DNA of 64,000 bases, taken from Pseudomonadota bacterium (GTDB taxonomy: Bacteria > Pseudomonadota > Gammaproteobacteria > UBA4575). Under the pieces are notes generated by a model. It was given only the letters and a program-made list of their open reading frames with translations. It was not told the origin of the DNA and made no database searches. Both the position numbers and the translations under genes were made by a program. Shown here one piece after another: positions 10,704 to 20,432 of the stretch (within the stretch, counting starts at the first letter, position 1; every line of letters begins with the position of its first letter). The DNA lies in contig JBCDBX010000003.1 in NCBI GenBank assembly GCA_039182865.1, forward strand, positions 1,343 through 65,342. The letters are read 5' to 3'.

Positions 10704-11147
10704 CTAGTGGGCAGCTTTCTTATTGCTCTCTTCAGTACCATGACGATTTATTGCTTGCATCAAATCATCGCGAGTAAATGGTTTTGTTAAATATTCCTCG
10801 GAACCAACTATACGTCCGCGTGCCTTATCAAAAATGCTATCTTTACTTGTCAGCATGATGACAGGCGTATCTCTGAACTGACGATTATTTTTTATTAAGG
10901 TACAAGTTTGATAGCCGTCTAATCGAGGCATCATGATATCGACAAAAATAATATCTGGTTTTTGCTCTGCAATTATTGCTAAGGCTTCGAAACCATCTTC
11001 AGCAGTTATTACACTGCAGCCTTCTTTATTGAGCAATGTCTCTGCAGACTTCCTAATTGTCTTACTATCATCAATAATCATTACCTTAAGCGATGATGAG
11101 ACGCCTGAACCTTGTTCAGCTTGATTTGATGGTGATGGTAAACCCAT
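10704..11147 (-). CDS. pilG: single-domain response regulator PilG
   Basis: LKVMIIDDSKTIRKSAETLL...FVDIMMPRLDGYQTC.LIKNN...VIMLTSKD..FDKARGRIVGS..YLTKPF is strongly similar to PilG. Confidence 0.92.
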   Translation of the reverse strand: MGLPSPSNQAEQGSGVSSSLKVMIIDDSKTIRKSAETLLNKEGCSVITAEDGFEALAIIAEQKPDIIFVDIMMPRLDGYQTCTLIKNNRQFRDTPVIMLTSKDSIFDKARGRIVGSEEYLTKPFTRDDLMQAINRHGTEESNKKAAH

Positions 11148-11353
11148 TGCGATTATCTACTCCCATTTTTTCTATAGCTGCCACACTAGTCTCAAAATCG
11201 TTTATATTTGTGCGGCTTACGTTTAATTAATTTGCTGATATTCACAGTATTTGAACTTAACATACACACGTTACTCAACCCTGTAGCATCAAGGTAGGCC
11301 TAGAAGAAGTTAAGCCGACATAATGGCAAAATTGCCAGATGGAGGATCGAAGG

Positions 11354-12301
11354 ATGACAATAAAACTTGCTGTAATCATGGATCCGATTGAATCAATCAA
11401 AGCCCATAAAGACAGTACATTTGCGATGTTATTAGAAGCGCAGCGCAGAGATTGGGAGCTTTATTACATTACTCCCAATAGCCTCTATGTTATTGATGGC
11501 AACTCATATGGCCAGACATCCCGCCTATACGTTGAAGACAATGAATCTGCTTGGTTCAGAACTGAGGCAGCTATGAATATCATGCTTGCCAGCTTTGATG
11601 TCATCCTAATGCGTAAAGATCCACCCTTTGATATGGAGTATATATACACCACATATATTCTAGAACTCGCGAAAAACTCGGGATCACTTGTTATCAATGA
11701 TCCAGCAGCTTTAAGAAATTGTAATGAAAAATTCTCTATTATGAATTTCCCTCAATGCTGTGTGCCAACATTAGTTACATGCAATCAAAGTAAGATTTTA
11801 GAATTTATTGATGAGTATGAAGAAATTATTGTTAAGCCAATGGATGCAATGGGTGGCAAATCAATATTCAAAATCTTACGGCAGGATAAAGATAAAAAAA
11901 ATGTGGTTGATAAGATGACTCAACAAGGCAACACAACTATTATGACACAACGTTTCATCCCGGAAATTACACAGGGAGATAAGCGGATACTCATTATAAA
12001 TGGTGAGCCTGTCCCTTATGCTCTAGCAAGGATCCCAAAAGAAGGCGAACTATTAGGGAATTTGGCTGCAGGTGGGCGTGGCGAGGGCATAGCTCTAACT
12101 GAACGTGACTATTGGATTTGCTCAGAAATCAAAGATTCATTAGTTGATAATAGTATTTATTTTGCTGGGATAGATGTTATAGGCTCTTACTTAACCGAAA
12201 TTAACATTACGAGTCCCACATGTATTAGGGAGCTTGATAAACAATTCAATCTTAATATTAGCGCTCAGCTTTTTGATGAAATCGAAGCATCACTAACTTA
12301 A
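11354..12301 (+). CDS. gshB: glutathione synthetase
   Basis: MTIKLAVIMDPIESIK..KDSTFAMLLEAQRR is the typical GshB N-terminus, followed by an ATP-grasp C-terminal half. The start is chosen at the second in-frame ATG; the ORF track starts at 11339. Confidence 0.9.
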   Translation: MTIKLAVIMDPIESIKAHKDSTFAMLLEAQRRDWELYYITPNSLYVIDGNSYGQTSRLYVEDNESAWFRTEAAMNIMLASFDVILMRKDPPFDMEYIYTTYILELAKNSGSLVINDPAALRNCNEKFSIMNFPQCCVPTLVTCNQSKILEFIDEYEEIIVKPMDAMGGKSIFKILRQDKDKKNVVDKMTQQGNTTIMTQRFIPEITQGDKRILIINGEPVPYALARIPKEGELLGNLAAGGRGEGIALTERDYWICSEIKDSLVDNSIYFAGIDVIGSYLTEINITSPTCIRELDKQFNLNISAQLFDEIEASLT

Positions 12302-12312
12302 ATATTTAAAAA

Positions 12313-13173
12313 ATGAATCAATCCGTCAGCATATCTTCTAACGATAGAATGAGTTTCACCTTCATCTTTGCAATAGCAATTCATGCTCTTATTATTTTAG
12401 GTATTGGTTTTGAGTTCATTCGTAGCCAGCCTGCACCATCTTCAAGTATAGAGATCATTCTAACGAAAACTGAAAACATTGAAGAACCTGATGATGCTAA
12501 AGTCATTGCAGAGCATAATCAAAAACAAAGTGGGAGAATTGATCAAGATGCAAGGCCCACTTCACCTTCCATGACGCAAAATACTTTTTTAGATAAAAAC
12601 AAAATTAGCAACGATGCATCAAATCACAATACCGCTCAACTTGAGCAAAATGAAATGCTCATCAATAGCAGTAATTCTGACCTTATGAAAATTGACAACC
12701 AAGTTGTCGAAGATACCTTAAAACAGAACATCCAGCACTCTCGCAAATCTCCTCAAAATGTTGCGCAACTTGTGTCAGAACTTAATCGCGAAAAGCAGTT
12801 ATATGCTAAGCGTCCACGCATTAATCACATCGATACTCTAAGTGCAAAATCAGCTATTGAGGCAAAATATATCAAAGACTGGGTTGAAAAAGTTGAGATC
12901 ACAGGAAACCTGAATTATCCAAATCGAGCAAAACAAAATAGTTTATCAGGTACGCTGATTATGAGCGTGCTGATCAATCAAGATGGTAAAGTCATCTCCT
13001 CTACAATACAGAAAAGTTCAGGTCTTTCAATTTTAGATAACGCCGCAAAGAAAATTGTCTCTCTCGCGGCACCTTTTAAACAATTCCCAAATAACATGCG
13101 GGATCAATATGATCAGCTAATGATAACCAGGACCTGGATATACGATAGCAACAATACTTTTACTACTAAATAA
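12313..13173 (+). CDS. tonB: TonB-family energy transducer (positional equivalent of Pseudomonas TonB3)
   Basis: It has an N-terminal TM anchor (FTFIFAIAIHALIILGIGF), a low-complexity linker, and a C-terminal TonB domain (YPNRAKQNSLSGTLIMSVLINQDGKV...SSGLSILDNAAKKIV). It sits directly after gshB, as PA0406 does. Confidence 0.75.
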   Translation: MNQSVSISSNDRMSFTFIFAIAIHALIILGIGFEFIRSQPAPSSSIEIILTKTENIEEPDDAKVIAEHNQKQSGRIDQDARPTSPSMTQNTFLDKNKISNDASNHNTAQLEQNEMLINSSNSDLMKIDNQVVEDTLKQNIQHSRKSPQNVAQLVSELNREKQLYAKRPRINHIDTLSAKSAIEAKYIKDWVEKVEITGNLNYPNRAKQNSLSGTLIMSVLINQDGKVISSTIQKSSGLSILDNAAKKIVSLAAPFKQFPNNMRDQYDQLMITRTWIYDSNNTFTTK

Positions 13174-13174
13174 T

Positions 13175-13744
13175 ATGATGGATTCGACTAACAACTTATG
13201 CTCACAAATACTTATCGCAATGCCATCATTAAACGATCCAAATTTTGCCAAGACTATCACGCTCATATGTGAACATTCTCCAGAGCAAGGGGCTATGGGT
13301 ATTGTCTTAAATTTACCGACCTCTTTACGCCTAAATGAGATGTTAGGTCAAATCAAATTAGAAGAGAATAACTCTTCAATCAATGAAACTTATGTTCACT
13401 TTGGTGGACCAGTAGGAATGGATCAAGCTTTTGTTTTGCATGCGGATGATGTTCAATACGAGTCAACCTTATCAATCACCAATAAATTATCATTAAGTGC
13501 TTCTAAAGACGCTTTCAGCTCTATTGCACAGTCAGCTGATCTTAATGACAAAATCATAACTCTTGGATATGCAGGCTGGACTGCTGGTCAACTGGAATCC
13601 GAAATTTCAGCTAACTCATGGTTAGTGATCAGTTATGAATATGAATTGGTTTTTAATACCGCGCCCTCAGAACAATGGATAGCAGCAGGAAATAGTATTG
13701 GAATTAATCTTAATCTTCTCAAATGTGATGCGGGACATGCATAG
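13175..13744 (+). CDS. algH: YqgE/AlgH family protein (UPF0301)
   Basis: 189-aa ORF. ILIAMPSLNDPNFAKTITLICEHS.EGAMGIVLN is the family signature. Confidence 0.85.
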   Translation: MMDSTNNLCSQILIAMPSLNDPNFAKTITLICEHSPEQGAMGIVLNLPTSLRLNEMLGQIKLEENNSSINETYVHFGGPVGMDQAFVLHADDVQYESTLSITNKLSLSASKDAFSSIAQSADLNDKIITLGYAGWTAGQLESEISANSWLVISYEYELVFNTAPSEQWIAAGNSIGINLNLLKCDAGHA

Positions 13745-13805
13745 CAATTCATTTATAAGATAAGTATATCTTTAGGTTTTCACTTGCTCGCTAACAACGC
13801 ATACT

Positions 13806-14237
13806 GTGACAATGGATAATCAGTTATTCCTCGCATTTGACTATGGTGAACGACGCACTGGTGTCGCGATAGGTCAAAGCCTAACGCTTAGCGCACAACC
13901 ACTGGAAACCATCAGCGCTATCCAGAACATGCCAGACTGGAAAAAGATTGAGTCGATAATCAGTGAATGGAAACCTGTCCAAATTGTTGTAGGTATTCCT
14001 GATAACTCATCACAGAACAAAGCACTTCGAAAAAAAATATATGATTTTTGTAACCAGCTAACAAGTAAATTTAATTTACCGGTTGTGACTCATGATGAAA
14101 CACTCAGCTCTGATGCAGCCTATCGTTATTTGAAATCTAAACGTCAGGTATCTAAAGGTAAAATCAATAAACAAGACATCGATAAAATTTCGGCCGCAGT
14201 ATTACTGGAATCATGGATGAATTCGAATATACCGTAA
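13806..14237 (+). CDS. ruvX: Holliday junction resolvase-like / pre-16S rRNA nuclease YqgF
   Basis: LAFDYGERRTGVAIG is the typical YqgF N-terminus. The ORF track starts at GTG 13806; ATG at 13812 is an equally plausible start. Confidence 0.85.
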   Translation: MTMDNQLFLAFDYGERRTGVAIGQSLTLSAQPLETISAIQNMPDWKKIESIISEWKPVQIVVGIPDNSSQNKALRKKIYDFCNQLTSKFNLPVVTHDETLSSDAAYRYLKSKRQVSKGKINKQDIDKISAAVLLESWMNSNIP

Positions 14238-14309
14238 ATCTAAATAGATGACGGACATATCTAATAATTATTATTCTGATCAGACAATTAAGATGATAAT
14301 CTTCATAAT

Positions 14310-14807
14310 ATGAATACGAATGTTTCGGAGTTGCTAGATCAACTCACCTCTCAGACTAGAGATCTTCTGAAAAATATCGAAGTTGACCAGCCACTAATTG
14401 TCGGTATTCACACCGGTGGAATTTGGGTTGCGGATCACCTACATCACGCACTTGATATAAATTGTGAAATGGGCGAGCTTGATATTTCTTTTTACCGTGA
14501 TGATTTTAGTCGTCTAGGCTTAAACCCACAGGTTAAACCTTCCAAACTTCCCTTAGACATTACAGATCAACATATCATTCTAGTGGATGATGTCTTACAT
14601 ACAGGTCGTACCATTCGTGCTGCTTTAAACGAACTTTTCGATTATGGTCGACCAGCAAGCGTTCATCTTGCAGTACTGATTGACCGTGGTGAGCGAGAAT
14701 TACCCATCGCCGCGCAAGCTGCTGGACAAGTAGTTGACCTAGCCCCTAATCAACATGTAAAACTAACTGGGCCAGATCCCCTAGCACTAGAACTAATCAC
14801 TACTTAG
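14310..14807 (+). CDS. pyrR: bifunctional pyrimidine operon regulator / uracil phosphoribosyltransferase PyrR
   Basis: 165 aa with the PRPP-binding motif IILVDDVLHTGRTIRAA. It lies directly upstream of pyrB. Confidence 0.9.
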   Translation: MNTNVSELLDQLTSQTRDLLKNIEVDQPLIVGIHTGGIWVADHLHHALDINCEMGELDISFYRDDFSRLGLNPQVKPSKLPLDITDQHIILVDDVLHTGRTIRAALNELFDYGRPASVHLAVLIDRGERELPIAAQAAGQVVDLAPNQHVKLTGPDPLALELITT

Positions 14808-14817
14808 CTGACGAAGA

Positions 14818-15735
14818 ATGCAACATTTTTTAACAACTGAATCCTTATCCAAAGATCAGTTGATTGCTATTCTTGATACTGCAGAGTCATTCACCAACGT
14901 TGACGAGCGCACCGTTAAGAAGGTCCCATTACTTCGTGGCAAAACGATCGTTAACTTATTCTTTGAAGCCAGCACCCGAACTCGTACTACCTTTGAACTC
15001 GCGGCTAAGCGATTATCGGCCGATGTATTAAATATCAATATCGGCGCTTCAGCAACGGTTAAAGGTGAAAGCCTACTCGATACTTTGCGAAATCTTGAAG
15101 CAATGAATGTTGATATGTTTATTATCAGACATCAAGATAGTGGAGCTGCTGAGTTTATTTCAAAACACATATCTCCTGGCATCAGCGTAATAAATGCGGG
15201 CGATGGGCGTCATGCCCATCCAACTCAAGCGATGCTGGATATGTTTACCATTCGAAAAATTAAACAGGACTTTGAAACGCTTAAAATTGCGATTGTAGGA
15301 GATATCCTTCATTCGAGAGTTGCTCGATCTCAAATTCATGCACTGAAAACTTTAGGCGCAAAAGAGGTTAGAGTCATTGGACCACGCACTCTACTTCCAG
15401 CACGTGTAGACACGCTGGGCGTACAAGCTTTTCATAATATGGAGAATGGACTAAAAGATGTCGATGTCATCATGATGCTACGTCTTCAAAAAGAGCGCAT
15501 GCAAGGTGGTTTACTTCCCAGCGAACATGAATACTTCAAACTATTTGGTTTAACTCAGGAACGCCTAGCGCTCGCCGCCAACGATGCGACTGTAATGCAT
15601 CCTGGGCCAATTAATCGTAGCGTAGAAATCAGCTCCGATGTCGCTGATGGTCCTCAATCTGTGATTCTCGATCAAGTTTCATATGGTATTGCAGTACGCA
15701 TGGCTATTATGTCGATCTTAGCAGGTAGTGAATAA
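14818..15735 (+). CDS. pyrB: aspartate carbamoyltransferase catalytic subunit
   Basis: Has the STRTR motif ([16 protein letters not shown]), HPTQ and HPGP motifs. Confidence 0.95.
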   Translation: MQHFLTTESLSKDQLIAILDTAESFTNVDERTVKKVPLLRGKTIVNLFFEASTRTRTTFELAAKRLSADVLNINIGASATVKGESLLDTLRNLEAMNVDMFIIRHQDSGAAEFISKHISPGISVINAGDGRHAHPTQAMLDMFTIRKIKQDFETLKIAIVGDILHSRVARSQIHALKTLGAKEVRVIGPRTLLPARVDTLGVQAFHNMENGLKDVDVIMMLRLQKERMQGGLLPSEHEYFKLFGLTQERLALAANDATVMHPGPINRSVEISSDVADGPQSVILDQVSYGIAVRMAIMSILAGSE

Positions 15736-17009
15736 TGAAGATTGAAATCAAGGATGCACATATTATCGATCCTAGCATTGGGATAAACGAAATATGCAAT
15801 CTCTATATTCAAGATCACAACATTGCAGCCATTAAAGATCCCCCGGAAGGTTGGAATGCTGATCACACGATTGATGCTCAAGCTCATTATCTCATTCCAG
15901 GTATTGTTGATATTGCGACACGTTTGCGTGAACCAGGACAAGAACACAAAGCCACGATTGAAAGTGAAACACGCGCCGCGGTGAGCGCAGGTATTACAAG
16001 TGTTGTATGTCAGCCTGATACGAACCCAGTCGTAAATACACCTGCTGAAGTTGAACTTATATTACAAAAAAATAATTCTGCAAATCATTGTCATGTTTAT
16101 GTCATTGGTGCCTTAACTCAAAATTTAAGCGGCAATATATTAACTGAAATGGCGGCACTCAAAGAAGCGGGCGTAGTCGGAGTGAGCAATTGTCATCAAC
16201 CGCTCGCAAACAACTTAGTGCTGCGTCGTGCAATGGAATACGCCTCGGGACAAGAATTAACACTATTCATTCACCCCATCGACCATGCTTTATCAGGACA
16301 AGGTTGTATACACGAAGGCATGACAGCGACTCGAATGGGGCTAACAGGCATTCCCAATGCCGCCGAAACAGCTGCGGTAGGTGCAATACTCGCATTAATC
16401 GAACAAACAAATGTACGTGTGCATTTTTGTCGTATATCTACTCAACGCTCGCTACAGTTACTTGAACGTGCAAAATTTGATGGTGCACCGATTAGTGCTG
16501 ATATGTGTGCTCATCAATTATTTTTTAGTGATCAGGATATCAAAAGCTTCGATAGCAACTATCACGTGATCCCACCTTTTCGAAGCCAAGTTGATGTCAT
16601 CGGTTTGCGCAAACGTCTAAGCAATGAATTAATCTCTAGCATTTGTTCAGACCATCAACCTCATGATGCAGATTCTAAACTAGCACCTTTCCCCTCCACC
16701 GAGCCCGGTATCTCATCTCTAGAAACCCTGCTTCCTCTGGTATTACGTTTAGTCCATGATGAAGTGATTACACTTTCAATGGCGATATCATTACTCACGT
16801 ACAAGCCAGCACAATTATTGAATATTAATGCCGGTAGTCTAGCTGCTGGCATGCCTGCAGACATTTGTATTTTTAATCCAGACTTGGAATGGGAACTCAC
16901 ACATGCAAATATCGTGAGCCATGGCAAAAATACACCTTTCTTGAATCAGACATTTAAAGGTAAAGTAACTCATACCTTGGTAAATGGAAAAATTGTCTAC
17001 CAAACATAA
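15735..17009 (+). CDS. dihydroorotase-like protein, probably the non-catalytic PyrC' partner of ATCase
   Basis: 424-aa amidohydrolase-fold protein that overlaps the pyrB stop (TAATG). At the canonical D-x-H-x-H-x-R-x-P-G zinc site it reads DIATRLREPG, so both His residues are replaced. Confidence 0.8.
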   Translation: MKIEIKDAHIIDPSIGINEICNLYIQDHNIAAIKDPPEGWNADHTIDAQAHYLIPGIVDIATRLREPGQEHKATIESETRAAVSAGITSVVCQPDTNPVVNTPAEVELILQKNNSANHCHVYVIGALTQNLSGNILTEMAALKEAGVVGVSNCHQPLANNLVLRRAMEYASGQELTLFIHPIDHALSGQGCIHEGMTATRMGLTGIPNAAETAAVGAILALIEQTNVRVHFCRISTQRSLQLLERAKFDGAPISADMCAHQLFFSDQDIKSFDSNYHVIPPFRSQVDVIGLRKRLSNELISSICSDHQPHDADSKLAPFPSTEPGISSLETLLPLVLRLVHDEVITLSMAISLLTYKPAQLLNINAGSLAAGMPADICIFNPDLEWELTHANIVSHGKNTPFLNQTFKGKVTHTLVNGKIVYQT

Positions 17010-17011
17010 AT

Positions 17012-17875
17012 ATGACAACTGCGACAATACATGCCGAACATGCAAAGGTCCTGCTACATCAGTCATTGCCTGCCGAACAATACCTAATTCGACTTGAAGC
17101 ACCAAAATGTGCACAATCAATCTTGCCCGGTAATTTCATTCATTTAAGTTGTAGCAAAAGTCCTTTTGATTTGAAGCGTCCATTCTCTGTATTACGGGCC
17201 TCAAGAGAACAAGGATGGATAGAAATCTTATACAAAGTCGTGGGTAGAGGCACAGAAGATCTAAAGCAAGCAAAAGTTGATGACACGCTACACTGTCTAG
17301 GACCCATTGGGAATGCATTTGCACTCTCATCAATTGCTAAGCGTCCACTTTTATTAGGTGGCGGTGTCGGCATTCCACCTATTTTATTTTTCGCCGAAGA
17401 GCTTAAAAAAAATAAGACCAAACCATTCGTCATTATGGGCTCAGAAATCCCCTTTCCCTTCAAAGTTGAACCTTCAAAAATCCTCATTGATGGATTGCCA
17501 GCAGACTCTATTGCGGCCATGACCTTGCTGGAGGACTTATCTATTCCTTCACGCTTAACGAGCAAACAAGGTTTTTCAGGCTGTTTTAATGGTTATATTC
17601 ATGAACTAGCCGATATCTGGCTACAAACATTATCTTCTGAGGAAAAAGAAGAAGTAGAAATTTTTGCATGTGGGCCTACCGCAATGCTATCAGCAGTTGC
17701 AAAACTGAGTCAGCAATATGAAATTCCTTGCCAACTTTCACTCGAAGAGCACATGGCATGTGCTGTAGGGGGCTGTGCAGGCTGTACAGTGAAAATTACT
17801 GATGAGTCGGGGAAAGAAGCTATGAAACGTGTATGTGTCGATGGACCAGTGTTTAGTGCAAATCAGGTATATTGA
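17012..17875 (+). CDS. PyrK-like FAD/NAD(P)-binding oxidoreductase with a C-terminal 2Fe-2S cluster (dihydroorotate dehydrogenase electron-transfer-subunit family)
   Basis: Has the RPFS flavin motif (LKRPFSVL), the GGGVGIPP nucleotide motif, and the C-terminal cysteine pattern CAVGGCAGC...CVDGPVF. Confidence 0.75.
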   Translation: MTTATIHAEHAKVLLHQSLPAEQYLIRLEAPKCAQSILPGNFIHLSCSKSPFDLKRPFSVLRASREQGWIEILYKVVGRGTEDLKQAKVDDTLHCLGPIGNAFALSSIAKRPLLLGGGVGIPPILFFAEELKKNKTKPFVIMGSEIPFPFKVEPSKILIDGLPADSIAAMTLLEDLSIPSRLTSKQGFSGCFNGYIHELADIWLQTLSSEEKEEVEIFACGPTAMLSAVAKLSQQYEIPCQLSLEEHMACAVGGCAGCTVKITDESGKEAMKRVCVDGPVFSANQVY

Positions 17876-17883
17876 TAAAGAAC

Positions 17884-19206
17884 TTACTTTTCGGCGAACA
17901 TAGATTTAGCATTATCAAAAAACTCATCTTCTTCGCTCTCTAAAATACTACCCATATCAATTCCTGGATCGATTTGAGAGTCTTCAAATGCCTTTAGCTC
18001 CTCACCTTCACTTAACCCATTTGAAGTTTTTTCTAGAGCCCGATCGTGATTTCCACTGACAGAATTTCTCAATGTAGGAGGCGCCTCTTCAGTCATCGTA
18101 TCGATGACGCTAGTTGTATCTTTATTCTGTTCACCCACGCTTTTAACTTGGCCACCAAAATTTAATTGCCATTCAAGATTACTACGTGAATCCGCAAAGT
18201 TAAGTGCATCTTCTACTGTAATTTTTTCATTCTTATATAAATCATGCAGACTTTGATCAAAAGTTTGCATACCTACTGCCGCACCTTTTTCCATCACCTC
18301 TTTAATACTTCCAAACTCACCTTTGCGAACTAATTCTGAGATATAAGGCGTATTAAGTAATACTTCAACGGCTGGAATGCGTCCACCATCAGATGCAGGA
18401 ACTAAACGCTGTGAAATAATTGCTGCAAGGTTAAGAGATAAATCCATCAAAACCTGATTTTTAGAATCTGATGGAAATAAATTCAACATGCGATCAAGCG
18501 CTTGGTTAGCATTCACCGCATGCAGTGTAGACAAACACAAGTGACCAGTATCCGCATATGACATTGCAGCTTCCATTGTAAGCTTGTCTCGAATCTCACC
18601 GATCATAATCACATCAGGGGCCTCACGCATGGCTTCTCTTAGCGCATTGTCGTAGGAGAGTGTATCTAGTCCAACCTCACGCTGTCCTATAATTGATTTT
18701 TTATGCGTAAAAACATATTCAATTGGATCTTCAATTGTCAGGATGTGCCCAGATTCTTGTTGATTTCGATACTCAATCATTGAAGCCAACGAAGTAGATT
18801 TACCAGAGCCAGTGGATCCAACCATCAAGATCAGACCATTCTTTCGCATGACTAGCTCGCGTAGAACCTCTGGCAGCCCTAATTTGTCAAGTGCAGGGAT
18901 ATCGCATTTTATATAACGAATCACCATCGATACTTCACCACGCTGATAATAGATATTTACGCGGTAACGTCCACCACCAGGTACTGATAGACCAAGGTTC
19001 ATTTCTTTAGTGAGTTCAAACTCTTTAATCTGTTGCTCACTCATAATTTCAAAAGCGAGCTGCTTGACAGTACCAGGCTTTAATTCAGATTTAGTTATAT
19101 GTTGAGTATTACCGTCAACCTTCATACTGACGAAAGCACCGGTTGTAAAGAAAAGATCTGAGGCAGATTTCTCGGCCATTAGATTTAGATATGGAGTAAT
19201 CTTCAT
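17884..19206 (-). CDS. PilT/PilU-family type IV pilus retraction ATPase paralog with an acidic ~80-aa C-terminal extension
   Basis: 440 aa with Walker A GSTGSGKST, Asp box, Walker B and His box (GHLCLSTLHA). The overall sequence is PilU-like. The tail is rich in E/D/S (…EGEELKAFEDSQIDPGIDMGSILESEEDEFFDN…). Confidence 0.85.
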   Translation of the reverse strand: MKITPYLNLMAEKSASDLFFTTGAFVSMKVDGNTQHITKSELKPGTVKQLAFEIMSEQQIKEFELTKEMNLGLSVPGGGRYRVNIYYQRGEVSMVIRYIKCDIPALDKLGLPEVLRELVMRKNGLILMVGSTGSGKSTSLASMIEYRNQQESGHILTIEDPIEYVFTHKKSIIGQREVGLDTLSYDNALREAMREAPDVIMIGEIRDKLTMEAAMSYADTGHLCLSTLHAVNANQALDRMLNLFPSDSKNQVLMDLSLNLAAIISQRLVPASDGGRIPAVEVLLNTPYISELVRKGEFGSIKEVMEKGAAVGMQTFDQSLHDLYKNEKITVEDALNFADSRSNLEWQLNFGGQVKSVGEQNKDTTSVIDTMTEEAPPTLRNSVSGNHDRALEKTSNGLSEGEELKAFEDSQIDPGIDMGSILESEEDEFFDNAKSMFAEK

Positions 19207-19214
19207 TTTATGAT

Positions 19215-20399
19215 TTACCTGCTTTGAGCCATTGTCCCTATAACATTAGATCCGTTGTCATCCTCTTCGACCATAAAGTCTTCAGTGCCCTGGAGCAAAT
19301 CCTTATCTTGAGATGACTTACTTTCCAACTTCAATCGTAGTCGTAAATCATTTACTGAATCAGCATTACGCAAACCATCTTCAACGCTGATCATGCCTTC
19401 ATCTATTAATTCAAATAAGTGCTGATCGAATGTTTGCATGCCTAATTCTCTTGATTTTGATATTAATTCTTTCATCTTAGGGACATCGCCTTTAAAAATT
19501 AGATCTGCCATTAGAGGTGAATTAATCATGACTTCAATTGCTGGCACACGACCCTCCTTGCCTTTGATTGGCAATAGTCTCTGAGAGATGATCGATTTAA
19601 GATTCAACGAGAGATCCATTAAGAGTTGATCGCGTCTTTCTTCAGGGAAGAAGTTAATAATTCTATCCAATGCTTGGTTGGTACTATTAGCGTGTAATGT
19701 TGCAAGACATAAGTGCCCGGTTTCCGCAAATGCAACCGCGTATTCCATTGTTTCACGATCTCGAATCTCACCAATCAGAATTACGTCAGGCGCTTGTCTT
19801 AATGTGTTTTTCAGTGCGATTTCATAATTTTCGGTATCAACGCCCACTTCACGCTGCGTCACAATACAATTGCGATGTTTATGCACAAATTCGATAGGAT
19901 CTTCGATAGTAATAATGTGGCCTTGACTGTTTTCATTTCGATAACCAATCATAGAGGCTAGCGAAGTTGACTTACCACAGCCCGTTCCACCTACAAAAAT
20001 AACTAAGCCACGCTTTGCCATTGATATTTCTTTAATAACATTTGGCAAGCGCAGATCATCAATCACTGGGATCTCAGAATTAATAATACGCAACACCATG
20101 CCAGATGTATTTCTTTGCATGAATGCATTCACACGGAAGCGTGAGATATTAGGCAGGCTTATAGCAAAATTACATTCCTGCGTTTCTTCATATTCCCTGA
20201 TCTGACGATCATTCATGATTGATCGGACAATTACCTGTGTATGAGCTGCAGTGAGTGGCTGATTAGTAATCGGTACTAATTTGCCATCGACTTTCATCGA
20301 AGGTGGTGCTCCTACAGTGACGAATAAATCCGAACCTTCTTTTTGCAGCATGTTACGCAATAGGTCATGCATAAATGCTATGGCTTTATCTCTATCCAT
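19215..20399 (-). CDS. pilU: type IV pilus retraction ATPase PilU
   Basis: 394 aa, colinear with Pseudomonas PilU (…ECNFAIS...RFRVNAF.QRN..GMVLR.I...GGTGCGKSTSLASMIGYRN...GHLCLATLHAN…). It lies immediately downstream of pilT. Confidence 0.9.
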   Translation of the reverse strand: MDRDKAIAFMHDLLRNMLQKEGSDLFVTVGAPPSMKVDGKLVPITNQPLTAAHTQVIVRSIMNDRQIREYEETQECNFAISLPNISRFRVNAFMQRNTSGMVLRIINSEIPVIDDLRLPNVIKEISMAKRGLVIFVGGTGCGKSTSLASMIGYRNENSQGHIITIEDPIEFVHKHRNCIVTQREVGVDTENYEIALKNTLRQAPDVILIGEIRDRETMEYAVAFAETGHLCLATLHANSTNQALDRIINFFPEERRDQLLMDLSLNLKSIISQRLLPIKGKEGRVPAIEVMINSPLMADLIFKGDVPKMKELISKSRELGMQTFDQHLFELIDEGMISVEDGLRNADSVNDLRLRLKLESKSSQDKDLLQGTEDFMVEEDDNGSNVIGTMAQSR

Positions 20400-20432
20400 A
20401 TTGCCTAATCATCCTTTTTTGGTAATCCTTAA

